From Halobacteriota archaeon (GTDB lineage Archaea > Halobacteriota > Syntropharchaeia > DAOWMC01): 53,574 bases of DNA. The notes below the pieces were generated by a model. That model was not told the origin of the DNA, ran no database searches, and saw only the letters and a list, made by a program, of their open reading frames with translations. Numbering within the stretch: the first letter of the stretch is position 1; every line of letters starts with the position of its first letter. The translations under genes and the position numbers were made by a program. Positions 33,744 to 44,152 of the stretch are shown here, in pieces. The stretch lies in contig JAXHTJ010000003.1 of assembly GCA_034190245.1 (NCBI GenBank), forward strand, positions 1-53,574. The letters run 5' to 3'.

Positions 33744-35042
33744 CTAAATCCTCCCCTTCTTATTTGAGAGATAGTCCTCGAGTATCACCTCTCCCAGGCT
33801 GTAAGGAGATGTAAAAAAGACCCTTCCCAGGTTCTTTTTTGCAAGGGTACTTGCAAACTCTCTCAGGTGAGGTGTCCAGCTCAGCATGATTATGTTCAAT
33901 GTAATCTGATCTTCTCTGTAGTGCAGCGCCTCTTCCAATACATCCTGAGTCGCTTTTTCGAAACCGACACACTCGCCATCTTTATAATTTGGCTCGGTGT
34001 CCGTGATCAGGTAAGCATGTCTATCCCCTTCTTCACCTACGACAGACTTCCTGAAAGCCTTCATGCCGGCTCTGATATCCGTCCAACCTCCGCATTCGAT
34101 ATTTGTAATATCCCAGGGCTGGATCTGCTCGACATCATCGGAGAAGACGAATATCTTCATCGTGTCTGTTGGATTTCCCTTAAGCAGCTCAGAAAATGCA
34201 AGTGAAGTCTCTATCGCTGCATTGATCTTGCCATTGGACTTCATAGATCCGCTCTTATCGATCAACAGTCCGGCACACATCCTGGTCTGATGTATGGTTT
34301 TGTAAACACAGAAGTCTTTAGGGTGAAGCATTATCTTACTCGGATTTCGCTCCAATGATCTTAGGAGGGTCTCTTCGATAGCCAAAAGCTCGTAGTCATC
34401 TCCGATTTCGTGCGGTCTTGTTATCGAAGTCACCTTGGCCCCGTGATATGTGGCTTCAGGGGTCTCATGAATCCCCACCTCCTTCTTTCTGAAGTTCTCG
34501 GTGATCTCTCTTAAGACGCCTTTTGCGAGTACATTTGCGCCTTTTGACGTGATCTTAACGATCCCTCTCTCAATTCCGATGTAGCCCTTCTCTTCGATAT
34601 CCTTAAGCGTTTCCTCAATATCCTTTTTCGTTATCTGCTCGGTCTTCTCAAGGTTACTTATCGATTCTTTTATCTCAAATATTACTTCGTCATCCTTCAT
34701 ATCTTCGGCGAGCTCATCCACATCTCCGCCGTCGAGGATGAACTCCATAGCATTCAAGGCGAGCTCTTCCTCATGCTTCTTCAGATCCTCTTTTTTATCC
34801 TCCAGTTCCTTCTTCTTCTGCTCAGACCTCGACTGCGAAAGTTTCTCCGCCAGCTCCTTGAGCAGACGCAGCTCTTTTGGATTTTTACAGAGGTCCTCCA
34901 ATGATTTTTTTCCATCGGCCCTTGCCCTTGCTAACTCTTTGAGTAACTGAAAGTCTATAGGCTGCTCGAAAGTGCAGAATGTCGTTCTTCTGAAGTCCTG
35001 TCTCTTCTGCAGCTTCTCTGAGACTAAGTAGCCGTCACCCAT
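33744..35042 (-). CDS. vWA-domain protein (partner of chelatase-like AAA+)
   Basis: MIDAS DKSGS...T...LITD in C-terminal half; charged coiled N-terminal half. Confidence 0.8.
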   Translation of the reverse strand: MGDGYLVSEKLQKRQDFRRTTFCTFEQPIDFQLLKELARARADGKKSLEDLCKNPKELRLLKELAEKLSQSRSEQKKKELEDKKEDLKKHEEELALNAMEFILDGGDVDELAEDMKDDEVIFEIKESISNLEKTEQITKKDIEETLKDIEEKGYIGIERGIVKITSKGANVLAKGVLREITENFRKKEVGIHETPEATYHGAKVTSITRPHEIGDDYELLAIEETLLRSLERNPSKIMLHPKDFCVYKTIHQTRMCAGLLIDKSGSMKSNGKINAAIETSLAFSELLKGNPTDTMKIFVFSDDVEQIQPWDITNIECGGWTDIRAGMKAFRKSVVGEEGDRHAYLITDTEPNYKDGECVGFEKATQDVLEEALHYREDQITLNIIMLSWTPHLREFASTLAKKNLGRVFFTSPYSLGEVILEDYLSNKKGRI

Positions 35043-35045
35043 CCT

Positions 35046-36563
35046 TCAGAACACCTCGGGAACAAAGAAATCTCTCTTCGCCGAATTCTCGTCGACGAAT
35101 CCTTTGTAAATTCCGGTATTAACAAGAATCTCAAGAGCCGAGAAGTCATACTCATATAAAGCCCCCTCATCAAACTTTTCAGGATGAAGTATCAGAGTCT
35201 TCTCAGACGTGCTCAATAGATCTTCATCAATCTTTTTGGGTGCAATCTTGAACATCTTGTCAATAGCTACTCTTATCTCCTCGGATTTTAATAGATTCCC
35301 GACTTTCTTATCAAGGAGCAATTTATTTATCTCCTGGGCAACACCTTTTCCGTAATCAAGAAGCTCATAAAAGTCGCTCCCAACATTTTTTGTAGCGTGC
35401 CTCAATATATCCTCAATGATCACATCGATCTTCTTGAATGATTCCTTTGGATCTTCACCAAAGTCCACAAGATCCGCCCTTATCCTGATCCTACCCCGCA
35501 ATGCAAGCTTCAATCCTTCAGAGGCATCTCTCAGATTTGCCACCTGCCCCCCACGCATCTCCAGGCTTGCATAGGTGTGATCGATCGCCTTTTTAGCCCC
35601 CCATACACTCGCACCCCTGTCCAAATTGGCACAATATCTGGTGAAATCCACAGTTTTGCTCACTATATGTGATATCCACCATGGAACAATACCTCTTCGG
35701 TCCAGAAGATCGTGATTTGGAGTATATGACTTCCCATTAGGTTCTGAAGAAGTACCTTTGTGAGGAGAGGTTGGATCGAATTTGAACATCTCTTTTCGCA
35801 TTATCTTCCTCTCTACATCCTCTTCGGGTAGGTCCATGTGAATCAACTCCATACTATCAAGAATGGAGGATGGTATTCTGTTTACATGTGCGAAACCCTC
35901 TGGATTGCCTGTTGCCACCATAAGAATGTCTACAGGTTGCTCTAAATTGTACTCCTCAAGAATTACCTTCCCCTCTTCTAAAATGGGGTGAAATAACAAT
36001 TGAACGTTGGTCGGAATAGATGGGAACTCGTCGATAAAGAGTATTCCCCGGTTTGCATGAAATACGCCTGTTCCGGTGAAGGCTCTGGGATCGGTTGGAC
36101 TTACACCCACTCTAATTGCTTCGATATCTTTTAAACCCAGTATCTTTGCATAATTGGTGTATTCATTCCCCTGGATTCGTGAGAATCTTTCATCTCCGGA
36201 TATAAAGTCGATACCAAATTCATCCACCGGATCCTCTGACTCTGCACATCTTGGGCATAACATCTCCTTTCCCCACTTGGGGTCATCATGATAAGGGCAG
36301 CCATTGATAACAGGTACTGAGGAGAGTAGCTTAGTCAGAGATCTTGCCAGTCTCGTCTTACCGGTTCCTTCTTCAGAAACCAGATACGGGTTCGCTCCTG
36401 ACAGGATTGCACGGATGACGTCTTGCTTCGTCTCTTCCCTCCCGTCAATATCTGTTAGAATCTCCTCGCCACTCTTGATCTTTTCAAGTATCGATTGTCT
36501 CAGCTCATAAATAACAGGAATCGGTTGATAATCATCCAGATTAAAATTTTCAATCTCCATCAT
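35046..36563 (-). CDS. Mg-chelatase ChlI-like/MoxR-clade AAA+ ATPase
   Basis: Variant Walker A SEEGTGKT, CPYHDDP..CPRC, ANRGILFIDE Walker B, ATGNP sensor 1. Confidence 0.82.
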   Translation of the reverse strand: MMEIENFNLDDYQPIPVIYELRQSILEKIKSGEEILTDIDGREETKQDVIRAILSGANPYLVSEEGTGKTRLARSLTKLLSSVPVINGCPYHDDPKWGKEMLCPRCAESEDPVDEFGIDFISGDERFSRIQGNEYTNYAKILGLKDIEAIRVGVSPTDPRAFTGTGVFHANRGILFIDEFPSIPTNVQLLFHPILEEGKVILEEYNLEQPVDILMVATGNPEGFAHVNRIPSSILDSMELIHMDLPEEDVERKIMRKEMFKFDPTSPHKGTSSEPNGKSYTPNHDLLDRRGIVPWWISHIVSKTVDFTRYCANLDRGASVWGAKKAIDHTYASLEMRGGQVANLRDASEGLKLALRGRIRIRADLVDFGEDPKESFKKIDVIIEDILRHATKNVGSDFYELLDYGKGVAQEINKLLLDKKVGNLLKSEEIRVAIDKMFKIAPKKIDEDLLSTSEKTLILHPEKFDEGALYEYDFSALEILVNTGIYKGFVDENSAKRDFFVPEVF

Positions 36564-36720
36564 CTTGCATATATAATAGCATGAAATGTCATATACATTT
36601 TCATTCTGGTAAGATGTAGTTGCAATTTTTGACAGCGCGCGATAAAATCAGCTACAAGTACAGCATTATTAACGATCACCCCCAAAGTATTTTAATCCCT
36701 TGGACTACAAGTAATATTTA

Positions 36721-38493
36721 ATGCTCAGAAGGATATTGACGGTCGCCAAGTGGGAGATGTTCAAGTCCAGATCAACACTCAGCCCAAAATCGATTGCGGT
36801 TTCTATTGCTCTTCTGATCATACTGATACTCTCTTCACTTGCAGCTTCGGAATCCGGGGTGCAGATGGATGATGGCATCTATTCCGTTGCGGTGACAGGC
36901 GATCTGCTCTTACCGGTGGTACAGAATGATAACCGGTTTAATGTCTTTATTCTGAATGCAGAAGAGGGGAGAAGTCTGCTCCAATCTGAGATGGTCGATA
37001 TGCAGATAGTGGGTGATACCGTCTATTTCTTGAATACCGATAAGTCACGCGCTGCCCTCAATGCGCTTGAAACCTCCACAAAGAGATACAGGGAGGAGGA
37101 ACTGTATGTACAGAGCACTGCTGACAACTTTTATGATGCATTTCCAGTCTGGGTGGAGACCCATTATCTGGAGAGGGAGCAGGGGTTTTATCTGGTCAGG
37201 AGTCGAGGAGACAGTACACAAGTAGCACCTGAAGAAGAGACACCGGATATCTCCTCAACTGGCACGGACGAATCACTCCCATCAAGATCAAGAATGCCAG
37301 AGGTTATGAGAAGAGAGACGGGGGTGACAAGTATGTTCACGCAACCGGAGAATGTTACAACGCCATCCCAGCTGTCACCACCCATCCCATTCGAATCCGT
37401 CCTTCTCTCATTTCTCTTCATATTCCCCATGTACTTCATTACCCAATTTTACTCCGCGAGTATAATGAGCGAGAGGGTGAACAGAAGATGTGAGCTGCTC
37501 CTCTCGTCACCTGTGCGAAGAAGTGAGATTGTCATCGGGAAGATGCTCCCATATCTTGCGATCACACTCCTCACAATCCTTGGGATATCTCTATTCCTCG
37601 GTCAGGTCTGGACCTCTTTTTATGTACTTGCACTTCTCTTTCCGGTGACACTTTTCTTCCTTGCGGTCGCATTCTTCACGGCAATACTTGCAAGAAGCTT
37701 CAAGGAGCTTACCTTCATATCGGTCTTTTTTGCCACAGCAATGTCTTCATACCTATTCCTCCCGGCCATGTTCATGAACGTCCCCACTATAAGCGCAATC
37801 TCTCCAATGACGTTTGTGGTCATACTTTTAGAGGGGGAGATTTTTACGCTTGGAGAGTATCTCTTCTCAACTATACCGTTCTATTTCACCTCTATTGCAC
37901 TACTTGGGTTCTCCACGTTTATATTCAGGGAGGAAGACTTGTTCACACAGAAACCTGTGATATCAAAGGCTCTGGACGTGATAGAATCCTCAATATCCAA
38001 GAGACACATCAAAAGTTCTGTATTTCTGTTGAGTGTCATCTTCATCCCCTTTGCTTTCATGTTAGAGCTTATGATGCTTACATTGTTCTTCAATGTCCCG
38101 CTCCCTTATTCTCTCATTCTCTTTATGGTATTTATTGCGGGAATAGAAGAATTTCTTAAGTCCATTGGTATTTTTACCATCTTTTCAAGGAAGATCATAG
38201 AGATTAACACAAAAAATGCAATAATTCTGGCGGTTATATCGGCACTGGGATTCTTTATAGGTGAAAAGGCGCTGGTTCTGGTTACACTCGCCCCCATCCT
38301 GGCATCGCCTTATGGTTTGATAATGTTCGGAAGATTGTTATTTCCACTGATCTTGCATATAGCAGCCGTCATGGTAACTGCCCTTGGCATACGCTTCTAT
38401 GGGGTGAAGAGATACCCAGTATTCCTAATACTCTCGGTACTTGTTCACAGCGCATACAACTTGGCTGTAACGTGGGGTGTTATGGTTGGATAA
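36721..38493 (+). CDS. ABC-2 permease fused to PrsW-like intramembrane metalloprotease domain
   Basis: SERVNRRCELLLSSPV..IVIGK permease signature; C-terminal IEEFLK, FFIGEK, LH and HSAYN motifs. Confidence 0.75.
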   Translation: MLRRILTVAKWEMFKSRSTLSPKSIAVSIALLIILILSSLAASESGVQMDDGIYSVAVTGDLLLPVVQNDNRFNVFILNAEEGRSLLQSEMVDMQIVGDTVYFLNTDKSRAALNALETSTKRYREEELYVQSTADNFYDAFPVWVETHYLEREQGFYLVRSRGDSTQVAPEEETPDISSTGTDESLPSRSRMPEVMRRETGVTSMFTQPENVTTPSQLSPPIPFESVLLSFLFIFPMYFITQFYSASIMSERVNRRCELLLSSPVRRSEIVIGKMLPYLAITLLTILGISLFLGQVWTSFYVLALLFPVTLFFLAVAFFTAILARSFKELTFISVFFATAMSSYLFLPAMFMNVPTISAISPMTFVVILLEGEIFTLGEYLFSTIPFYFTSIALLGFSTFIFREEDLFTQKPVISKALDVIESSISKRHIKSSVFLLSVIFIPFAFMLELMMLTLFFNVPLPYSLILFMVFIAGIEEFLKSIGIFTIFSRKIIEINTKNAIILAVISALGFFIGEKALVLVTLAPILASPYGLIMFGRLLFPLILHIAAVMVTALGIRFYGVKRYPVFLILSVLVHSAYNLAVTWGVMVG

Positions 38494-39544
38494 GATGTTC
38501 GTAATAGCCAAAAAAGAGTTCAAAAGCTTGATCAATGAGAAGACGTTGCTACTGGCCATCTTGATTCAGTTATTTATAGCTTCATTCTCCTCATTCCTTG
38601 TGATAGGTTTGACATCATTCTACTCTCCAGAAGCTATTGGACCCGATATTGCGAATGTGAATATTGGTATATATGGGGACAGGGAGACCGGCCTTGTGAA
38701 ATTACTTGAGAATGATAGAAGAGTCTCAATCACCCATTTCTCCTCTTTTAAGGATGCAAAGGAAAAATTTTATGATCACAGGATAGACGGGATAGTCGTA
38801 GTCCCATCTATGCCTGAAAATAGCTCTGATGCAATAAAGATTGATATATTTTTGCCAAGAAACGATATAAGATCTACATTGATTGCCGTATATCTCAAAG
38901 AGCCATTAGAAGAGTTTGAAATGGAATTGAGATATGATGATATCGATAAATTGCCGCCGGTCGCTAAACTTGACGTTGAAGGGTCCGATTCTTCAACCAG
39001 TTACTTTGAGTTTATATATGGGCTTTTGATTCCGCTTTTAATGTTCACACCGGCATTTATATCCGGGGGGCTTATCATCGATCTGATCACAGAGGAGTTT
39101 GACCACGAGACGATCGATCTCTTGATGGTTTCACCGATAACATCCACACAGGTAATGCACGGGAAACTCCTTGTTGCCGCAGTTATAGCTCCACTGCAAG
39201 CATTTGCATGGATCGCGCTGCTTGTGCTCAATGGGATCTCAGTTTACAACGTTTCCATGATCTTGATCCTCGTCACAGCCGTTACCTGTCTGCTGGTCCT
39301 ATTCGGGGCGATACTGTCGTTGCAGTTTAAGGAGAGGGGGCAGGTCCACTTTATATACTCGATACTGCTCCTCCTTCTCTTCACCACATCATCTCTAATG
39401 CCCAATTCACCATTTAACCTGACAGCGAAACTTGCCATCGGTAGTGCCGGTGCAAGTGGACTACTTATGCTCGGAGTCTATATGATGGTGTTAGTTCCTC
39501 TTTACCTGATTATAAGGAGGATGATTCATGGAATGGAGTGGTAG
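38477..39544 (+). CDS. ABC-2 permease
   Basis: IAKKEFK, ITEEFDHETIDLLMVSP..GK; true start may be a few codons downstream. Confidence 0.82.
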   Translation: MLWLDKMFVIAKKEFKSLINEKTLLLAILIQLFIASFSSFLVIGLTSFYSPEAIGPDIANVNIGIYGDRETGLVKLLENDRRVSITHFSSFKDAKEKFYDHRIDGIVVVPSMPENSSDAIKIDIFLPRNDIRSTLIAVYLKEPLEEFEMELRYDDIDKLPPVAKLDVEGSDSSTSYFEFIYGLLIPLLMFTPAFISGGLIIDLITEEFDHETIDLLMVSPITSTQVMHGKLLVAAVIAPLQAFAWIALLVLNGISVYNVSMILILVTAVTCLLVLFGAILSLQFKERGQVHFIYSILLLLLFTTSSLMPNSPFNLTAKLAIGSAGASGLLMLGVYMMVLVPLYLIIRRMIHGMEW

Positions 39545-39563
39545 TTTTTTGGTATCAGAATAA

Positions 39564-40712
39564 CTACAATTTCGGAGGTTGATAACGCTCCAATTCGGTG
39601 GCTATCCTCTCTTTGTGCAGATCCGAGTCCCCCATGGCAAACTGCGATGCTTTTGTGCGCAGATAGTAAAGACCGATATCCTGTTCCCTCGTGAATCCAA
39701 TAGCTCCATGAGTTCTGATACATTCAATGCAGGTTCGCTGGTAAACCTCGTTCGCCTTTGTCTTTGCCATTGAGATCAGCAGTTCAGATGGTGAGCCACC
39801 GCTCGCTCCCCATGTCGCCTCATAGACGAGATAACGCAGACCCTCTACATCGGTAAACAGGTCAGCCAACTTGTGCTGAACCGCCTGGAATGAGCCGATG
39901 GGCCGCTTAAACTGGATTCTCTGTTTGGCATATTCATTTGTTATATCGAGTGCAGCTTGAGCCCCGCCAAGCATCTCCGCACTCTTTAAAATCGTGCCTT
40001 CCTGCAGGATGAACTTCACTATATCCCATCCTTTTCCAACCTCGCCGAGTACGTTGCTTCCTGGGACTCGCACGTCCTCAAAGATCACCTCACACTGCCT
40101 GTCATTGGCTGTTGTGGGTATCACTTCCACCTTAATCCCCTGGCTATTGGCATCCACAATAAAGAGAGTGATACCTTCTTCACCTTCTCCACCTGTACGG
40201 GAAACGACGAGAATATAATCTGCCACATTGGCATACGGAACAAATAGCTTTTTACCCGAAAGGACGTAATCGTTGCCATCCTGTTTGGCTACAAGATCTA
40301 TTCCCGAGGCATCATAACTCGCAGATTGTTCTGTCAATGCAAGCGTCCAGATATCCTCTCCAGTGGCTATCCTGGGAAGGAAGTTCTTCTTCTGTTCACT
40401 ACTACCGTACTCTAGTATCGGAAGTGAAGAGAGTACTATTGTTGAGAAGAACGGTGAAGGCAGTAGCTTCGCACCCATCTCTTCCATCAGAATCATAAGA
40501 TCGATTATGTCTCCTTCGGTTCCTTCATACTCCTCGGGGAATGCGATACCCATCCACCCCAATTCTGCCATCTTCTTCCACATCTCTTTATCGTATCCGC
40601 AGCTCTCATCTTCCTCCAGCTCCCTCACCTTCTCCGTTGGGCATTCTTTATTTAGAAAATCCCTCACCGATTTCTGGATCATCTTCTGATCTTTTGAAAA
40701 ATTAAAGTCCAT
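39564..40712 (-). CDS. Acyl-CoA dehydrogenase family protein (FadE27-like, probably non-catalytic chain)
   Basis: MDFNFS, LGWMGI..PEEY, R.QF.RPIGSFQAVQH, HGAIGFT; no Glu at the IBD-type catalytic position. Confidence 0.88.
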   Translation of the reverse strand: MDFNFSKDQKMIQKSVRDFLNKECPTEKVRELEEDESCGYDKEMWKKMAELGWMGIAFPEEYEGTEGDIIDLMILMEEMGAKLLPSPFFSTIVLSSLPILEYGSSEQKKNFLPRIATGEDIWTLALTEQSASYDASGIDLVAKQDGNDYVLSGKKLFVPYANVADYILVVSRTGGEGEEGITLFIVDANSQGIKVEVIPTTANDRQCEVIFEDVRVPGSNVLGEVGKGWDIVKFILQEGTILKSAEMLGGAQAALDITNEYAKQRIQFKRPIGSFQAVQHKLADLFTDVEGLRYLVYEATWGASGGSPSELLISMAKTKANEVYQRTCIECIRTHGAIGFTREQDIGLYYLRTKASQFAMGDSDLHKERIATELERYQPPKL

Positions 40713-40723
40713 TTTCACACCTC

Positions 40724-41923
40724 TCAATATGATTTTGGTAATTTTAGCCCGAATTGGGCGATGATATTCTTCTCGATTTCGTCAGTCCCGGCAGCGATTG
40801 ATATACCCGGAAAGAGCCAGTAGAGACCCTCGACACAACCCTTCAATTTGGTCCATCTGGAATCTCGACGCAGGGGGTCCAGTTGAGAGTAGCCCCCCAT
40901 GATCTCTGTTCCAGTAATGGCCAGCCGCTCTGTCACCAGATCGCTATAGACCTTATCTCTCGATGGCTCGTAAACGGGGACGACTTTCTTGCTCATCTTC
41001 CAGATCGTCTGGTAGGCGAGCATCTTCAATGTTTCAACTTCAGTAGCCCTATCAGCCAGTTTATGGCGTATCTCAGGGTCATTGAAGAGCCCGACTTCCT
41101 TTGTGTACTGGATCAACTCATCAAGTATCCTCCTGCAGTAACCATAACCACCTACACCAACACTGCCCCTCTCGTATCCCAGAGATCGCATCAGCTGATA
41201 CCATCCCTTGTTCTCCTCGCCAACCAGGTTTTCACAGGGAACTCTGACCTCATCCAGGAATACCTCGTTGAATATGTGATACCCGGTGTAATTTACCAGC
41301 GGATTGACCGTGATCCCCTCGCTCTTCATATCCACAATGATCGTGCTAATTCCCTGGTGTTTCTTAGGTGCATCCGGGTCCGTTACAACCGCAATCCACA
41401 TCCATCTTGCACGGTGAGCGGCACTCGTCCATATCTTCTGTCCATTGATTACATATTCGTCGCCTTCTTTTATTGCCTGCGTCCGAATATTTGCAAAATC
41501 AGAACCCGCATCAGGTTCACTATATCCTGTACACCAGACACCATCCGGTTCTCCAGAAGCTATCTGAGGAAGATATTTCTCTTTCTGTTCATCTGTACCA
41601 AATAGCATGACAGAGGGACCTACCCAGTCGACCCCGCTCACACCCATCGAGGTACCCGGAATACCCCAGTACCCCACCTCTTCCCTGTAAACCATCTGTT
41701 CGAATAGAGAAGCTCCTCCGCCACCATACTCCTCTGGCCATGACAATGTAAGCCAGCCCCTATCTGAAAGCTTCTTGGCGATTGACATCGCAAACTTCCA
41801 ATCTTCATCCCGGCTCTCTTCCTCGAGCATGGCCGTGAGCCAGCCTGATGGCAACTCCTCTTTAACAAATTCTCGAATCTCTCTTCTAAGCGCCTCTTCT
41901 TTATCGCCAAATTTAAAATCCAT
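40724..41923 (-). CDS. Acyl-CoA dehydrogenase family protein (FadE26-like catalytic chain)
   Basis: WPEEYGG, GYSEPDAGSD, NGQKIWTS, FNEVF, LGYER, AGTDEI..NIIA. Confidence 0.9.
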   Translation of the reverse strand: MDFKFGDKEEALRREIREFVKEELPSGWLTAMLEEESRDEDWKFAMSIAKKLSDRGWLTLSWPEEYGGGGASLFEQMVYREEVGYWGIPGTSMGVSGVDWVGPSVMLFGTDEQKEKYLPQIASGEPDGVWCTGYSEPDAGSDFANIRTQAIKEGDEYVINGQKIWTSAAHRARWMWIAVVTDPDAPKKHQGISTIIVDMKSEGITVNPLVNYTGYHIFNEVFLDEVRVPCENLVGEENKGWYQLMRSLGYERGSVGVGGYGYCRRILDELIQYTKEVGLFNDPEIRHKLADRATEVETLKMLAYQTIWKMSKKVVPVYEPSRDKVYSDLVTERLAITGTEIMGGYSQLDPLRRDSRWTKLKGCVEGLYWLFPGISIAAGTDEIEKNIIAQFGLKLPKSY

Positions 41924-42004
41924 CTTCAACACCCTATGACGTAAGATATACATAATTAAAACTTATTTAACACTTATAAAGTCTTCTTATCTAATGGAGT
42001 TTAA

Positions 42005-42637
42005 ATGAGGGTCGTTGTTAAGATCGGTGGGAGTCTCATAGACCACGGGCGTGAAATAATAGATCACCTCGCCTATTATTCATCTGCATCCGGATCAGAG
42101 ATCATCGTAGTCCCGGGTGGAGGGCCATTCTCAGATGTTGTCAGGAAACACTCTGATGACCTCACCCTTGATACCGCACACTGGATGGCAATTCTTGCTA
42201 TGAATCAGTTCGGTCTATTTCTGTCTGACCGGACAAAATCGAAGGTAATCGAGAGTTTTGATCAATTGGGTGAAGGTGTCCTAATATTACTTCCGTATAA
42301 GTTACTAAAAGAGATTGATCCACTTCCTCACAGCTGGAGAGTGACATCGGATACGATTGCGGCGTGGGTAGCAGTACAACTTGAGGCAGAGCTTATCAAG
42401 GTGACGGATGTGGACGGAATATATATGGATGGGTCGCTTATGGATGAGATTGCAGCGAAAGACCTCTTAGATACAACGACCTGCGTAGATGTTGAGTTAC
42501 CGAGATTTCTGATGGATGAGAAGATGAACTGCTCAATCGTCAATGGTAAGTATCCTGATAGAATCACAAACGCAATTGAAAAGAAGAGATTTATAGGGAC
42601 TGTTGTGATCGGATCCAAAGATTTTATAAAGCTTTGA
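42005..42637 (+). CDS. mfnE: Amino-acid-kinase-family protein, MfnE-like (methanofuran pathway kinase)
   Basis: VVKIGGSL, PGGG.F.D.VR, AHWMAILAM, LPHSW.VTSD, TDVDG. Confidence 0.7.
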   Translation: MRVVVKIGGSLIDHGREIIDHLAYYSSASGSEIIVVPGGGPFSDVVRKHSDDLTLDTAHWMAILAMNQFGLFLSDRTKSKVIESFDQLGEGVLILLPYKLLKEIDPLPHSWRVTSDTIAAWVAVQLEAELIKVTDVDGIYMDGSLMDEIAAKDLLDTTTCVDVELPRFLMDEKMNCSIVNGKYPDRITNAIEKKRFIGTVVIGSKDFIKL

Positions 42638-42677
42638 TTCAAACAAGGTGAGTAGAACATCTTCTACTCCGGTTTAT

Positions 42678-42764
42678 GTCGGGATGGCCCAGCCCGGTCC
42701 AAGGCGATGGGTTGCTAACCCATTTCCCCTTCGGGGAGCGGGGGTTCGAATCCCCCTCCCGACG
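42678..42764 (+). tRNA. tRNA-Ser (anticodon GCT)
   Basis: Acceptor GTCGGGA/TCCCGAC, anticodon arm ATGGG-TTGCTAA-CCCAT, long variable arm, GGTTCGAATCC, G73. Confidence 0.95.
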
Positions 42765-42773
42765 TTTAAATCT

Positions 42774-44132
42774 TCACTTCTTTCTAACCATCTCTGCGTA
42801 CCTGGTCAGTGCGGCAAGGGATTTGACCGCTTCTTCCGGATAGACATATGAGGCGATTCCGGCTTTGCTCAGAACGTCAGAGCCTTCCTGAGTACTCCAG
42901 TATGGGCTGGAGACGAGTATAAACGGTTTTTCGATATCCCCACCTGACTTTGCCATAAAACCATCATAAAATGTGGCTCCTGTTATAACTATCATTGAAT
43001 CTATATCAGGATCGGAATCCAGCACCTTCATACTCTCTATGAAGTAATTGGGATTCTGGATGGCCATCATAGTGAGATCAACCGGATTTTTGGTGAAACA
43101 GTAATCAGGTAAAACTTTCTTCAGTTCTTTCGAAGTCTCATCAGATAGCTTTGGCATCTTCAACCCGTATCTTTCGCAGGCATCTGCCGTTGCAACACCA
43201 AATCCACCCGGACTAGTGATTATACCAACCCGGTTCCCTTTGGGTAATTTACAGTGTGAAAAGGCTATCGTAAAATCTATAAGGTCCTTTCCCGAGTCTG
43301 CCTGTATCATCCCGGTCTGTGAAAATACAGCATTGTAGATCGATTCGCTCCCTGCAAGACTCCCGGTATGCGATGAGGCCGCTATGGAACCCGCTCCTGT
43401 AAGTCCGACTTTCCATGTTATAACAGGTTTTTTCGGAGTTATTGTTTTGACCAATTTCATGAACTTACCGCCGTCATCGACACCCTCCAGATACATCGTT
43501 ATTATATCCGTATCATCGTCTTCACTCAGGTATTCCAGAAAGTCAAGTTTATTCAGATCAGCCTCGTTTCCACTGCTCACGAGCATACTGAAGTCAACAC
43601 CCTTTGTAATGCACTGGTATGCATAGAACCCACAGAACCATCCACTCTGACTCACAGTCCCAACCTTCTTGGATGCCCCATTGGACCTAGGAAGTGGCAT
43701 TGTGCTGACGTTAGGATGGTGGAAACCGACACAGTTGGGGCCTATTATTCCCATGCCGGTGGACTCGGCGACCTCCTTTAAACCCACTTCTTTCTTTCTC
43801 CCCTCTTCCGTCCCAATCTCTTTGAAGCCTGCTGTGTTTATAACTGCCCCCTTTGCACCTTTCTTGGCACATTCAACGAGAACAGAAGGCACTTTGTCTG
43901 CTGGAATAGCTATAAAAGCAAGGTCGAATGAATCGGGAATAGAACTCACATCGGGGTATGCTTTTATCCCCATTATCTTCTTTGCTGAAAGGTTGACCGG
44001 GTAGATGGTGCACCCTGAAGACCTCAGTGCCATCAACGCCATCTGGCTGGGATGGCCAGTCTTTCTTGAAGCTCCAACAACTGCTACGGATCTGGCATTA
44101 AAGATATCTTTTATACTTTCGATACGGGACAT
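42774..44132 (-). CDS. Acyl-CoA synthetase (ADP-forming) alpha subunit / CoA-binding protein
   Basis: SVAVVGAS, YPVN, GPNCVG, SQSG, GNEADL, YLEG, SHTGSL phospho-His, NPVDL. Confidence 0.88.
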   Translation of the reverse strand: MSRIESIKDIFNARSVAVVGASRKTGHPSQMALMALRSSGCTIYPVNLSAKKIMGIKAYPDVSSIPDSFDLAFIAIPADKVPSVLVECAKKGAKGAVINTAGFKEIGTEEGRKKEVGLKEVAESTGMGIIGPNCVGFHHPNVSTMPLPRSNGASKKVGTVSQSGWFCGFYAYQCITKGVDFSMLVSSGNEADLNKLDFLEYLSEDDDTDIITMYLEGVDDGGKFMKLVKTITPKKPVITWKVGLTGAGSIAASSHTGSLAGSESIYNAVFSQTGMIQADSGKDLIDFTIAFSHCKLPKGNRVGIITSPGGFGVATADACERYGLKMPKLSDETSKELKKVLPDYCFTKNPVDLTMMAIQNPNYFIESMKVLDSDPDIDSMIVITGATFYDGFMAKSGGDIEKPFILVSSPYWSTQEGSDVLSKAGIASYVYPEEAVKSLAALTRYAEMVRKK

Positions 44133-44152
44133 TGTAAATACCTTGTATCTCT

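Noticed and set aside
40883-41605. 240-aa antisense ORF and the many other shadow ORFs in the track
   Set aside because: They lie opposite or inside well-supported genes and show no recognisable motifs.
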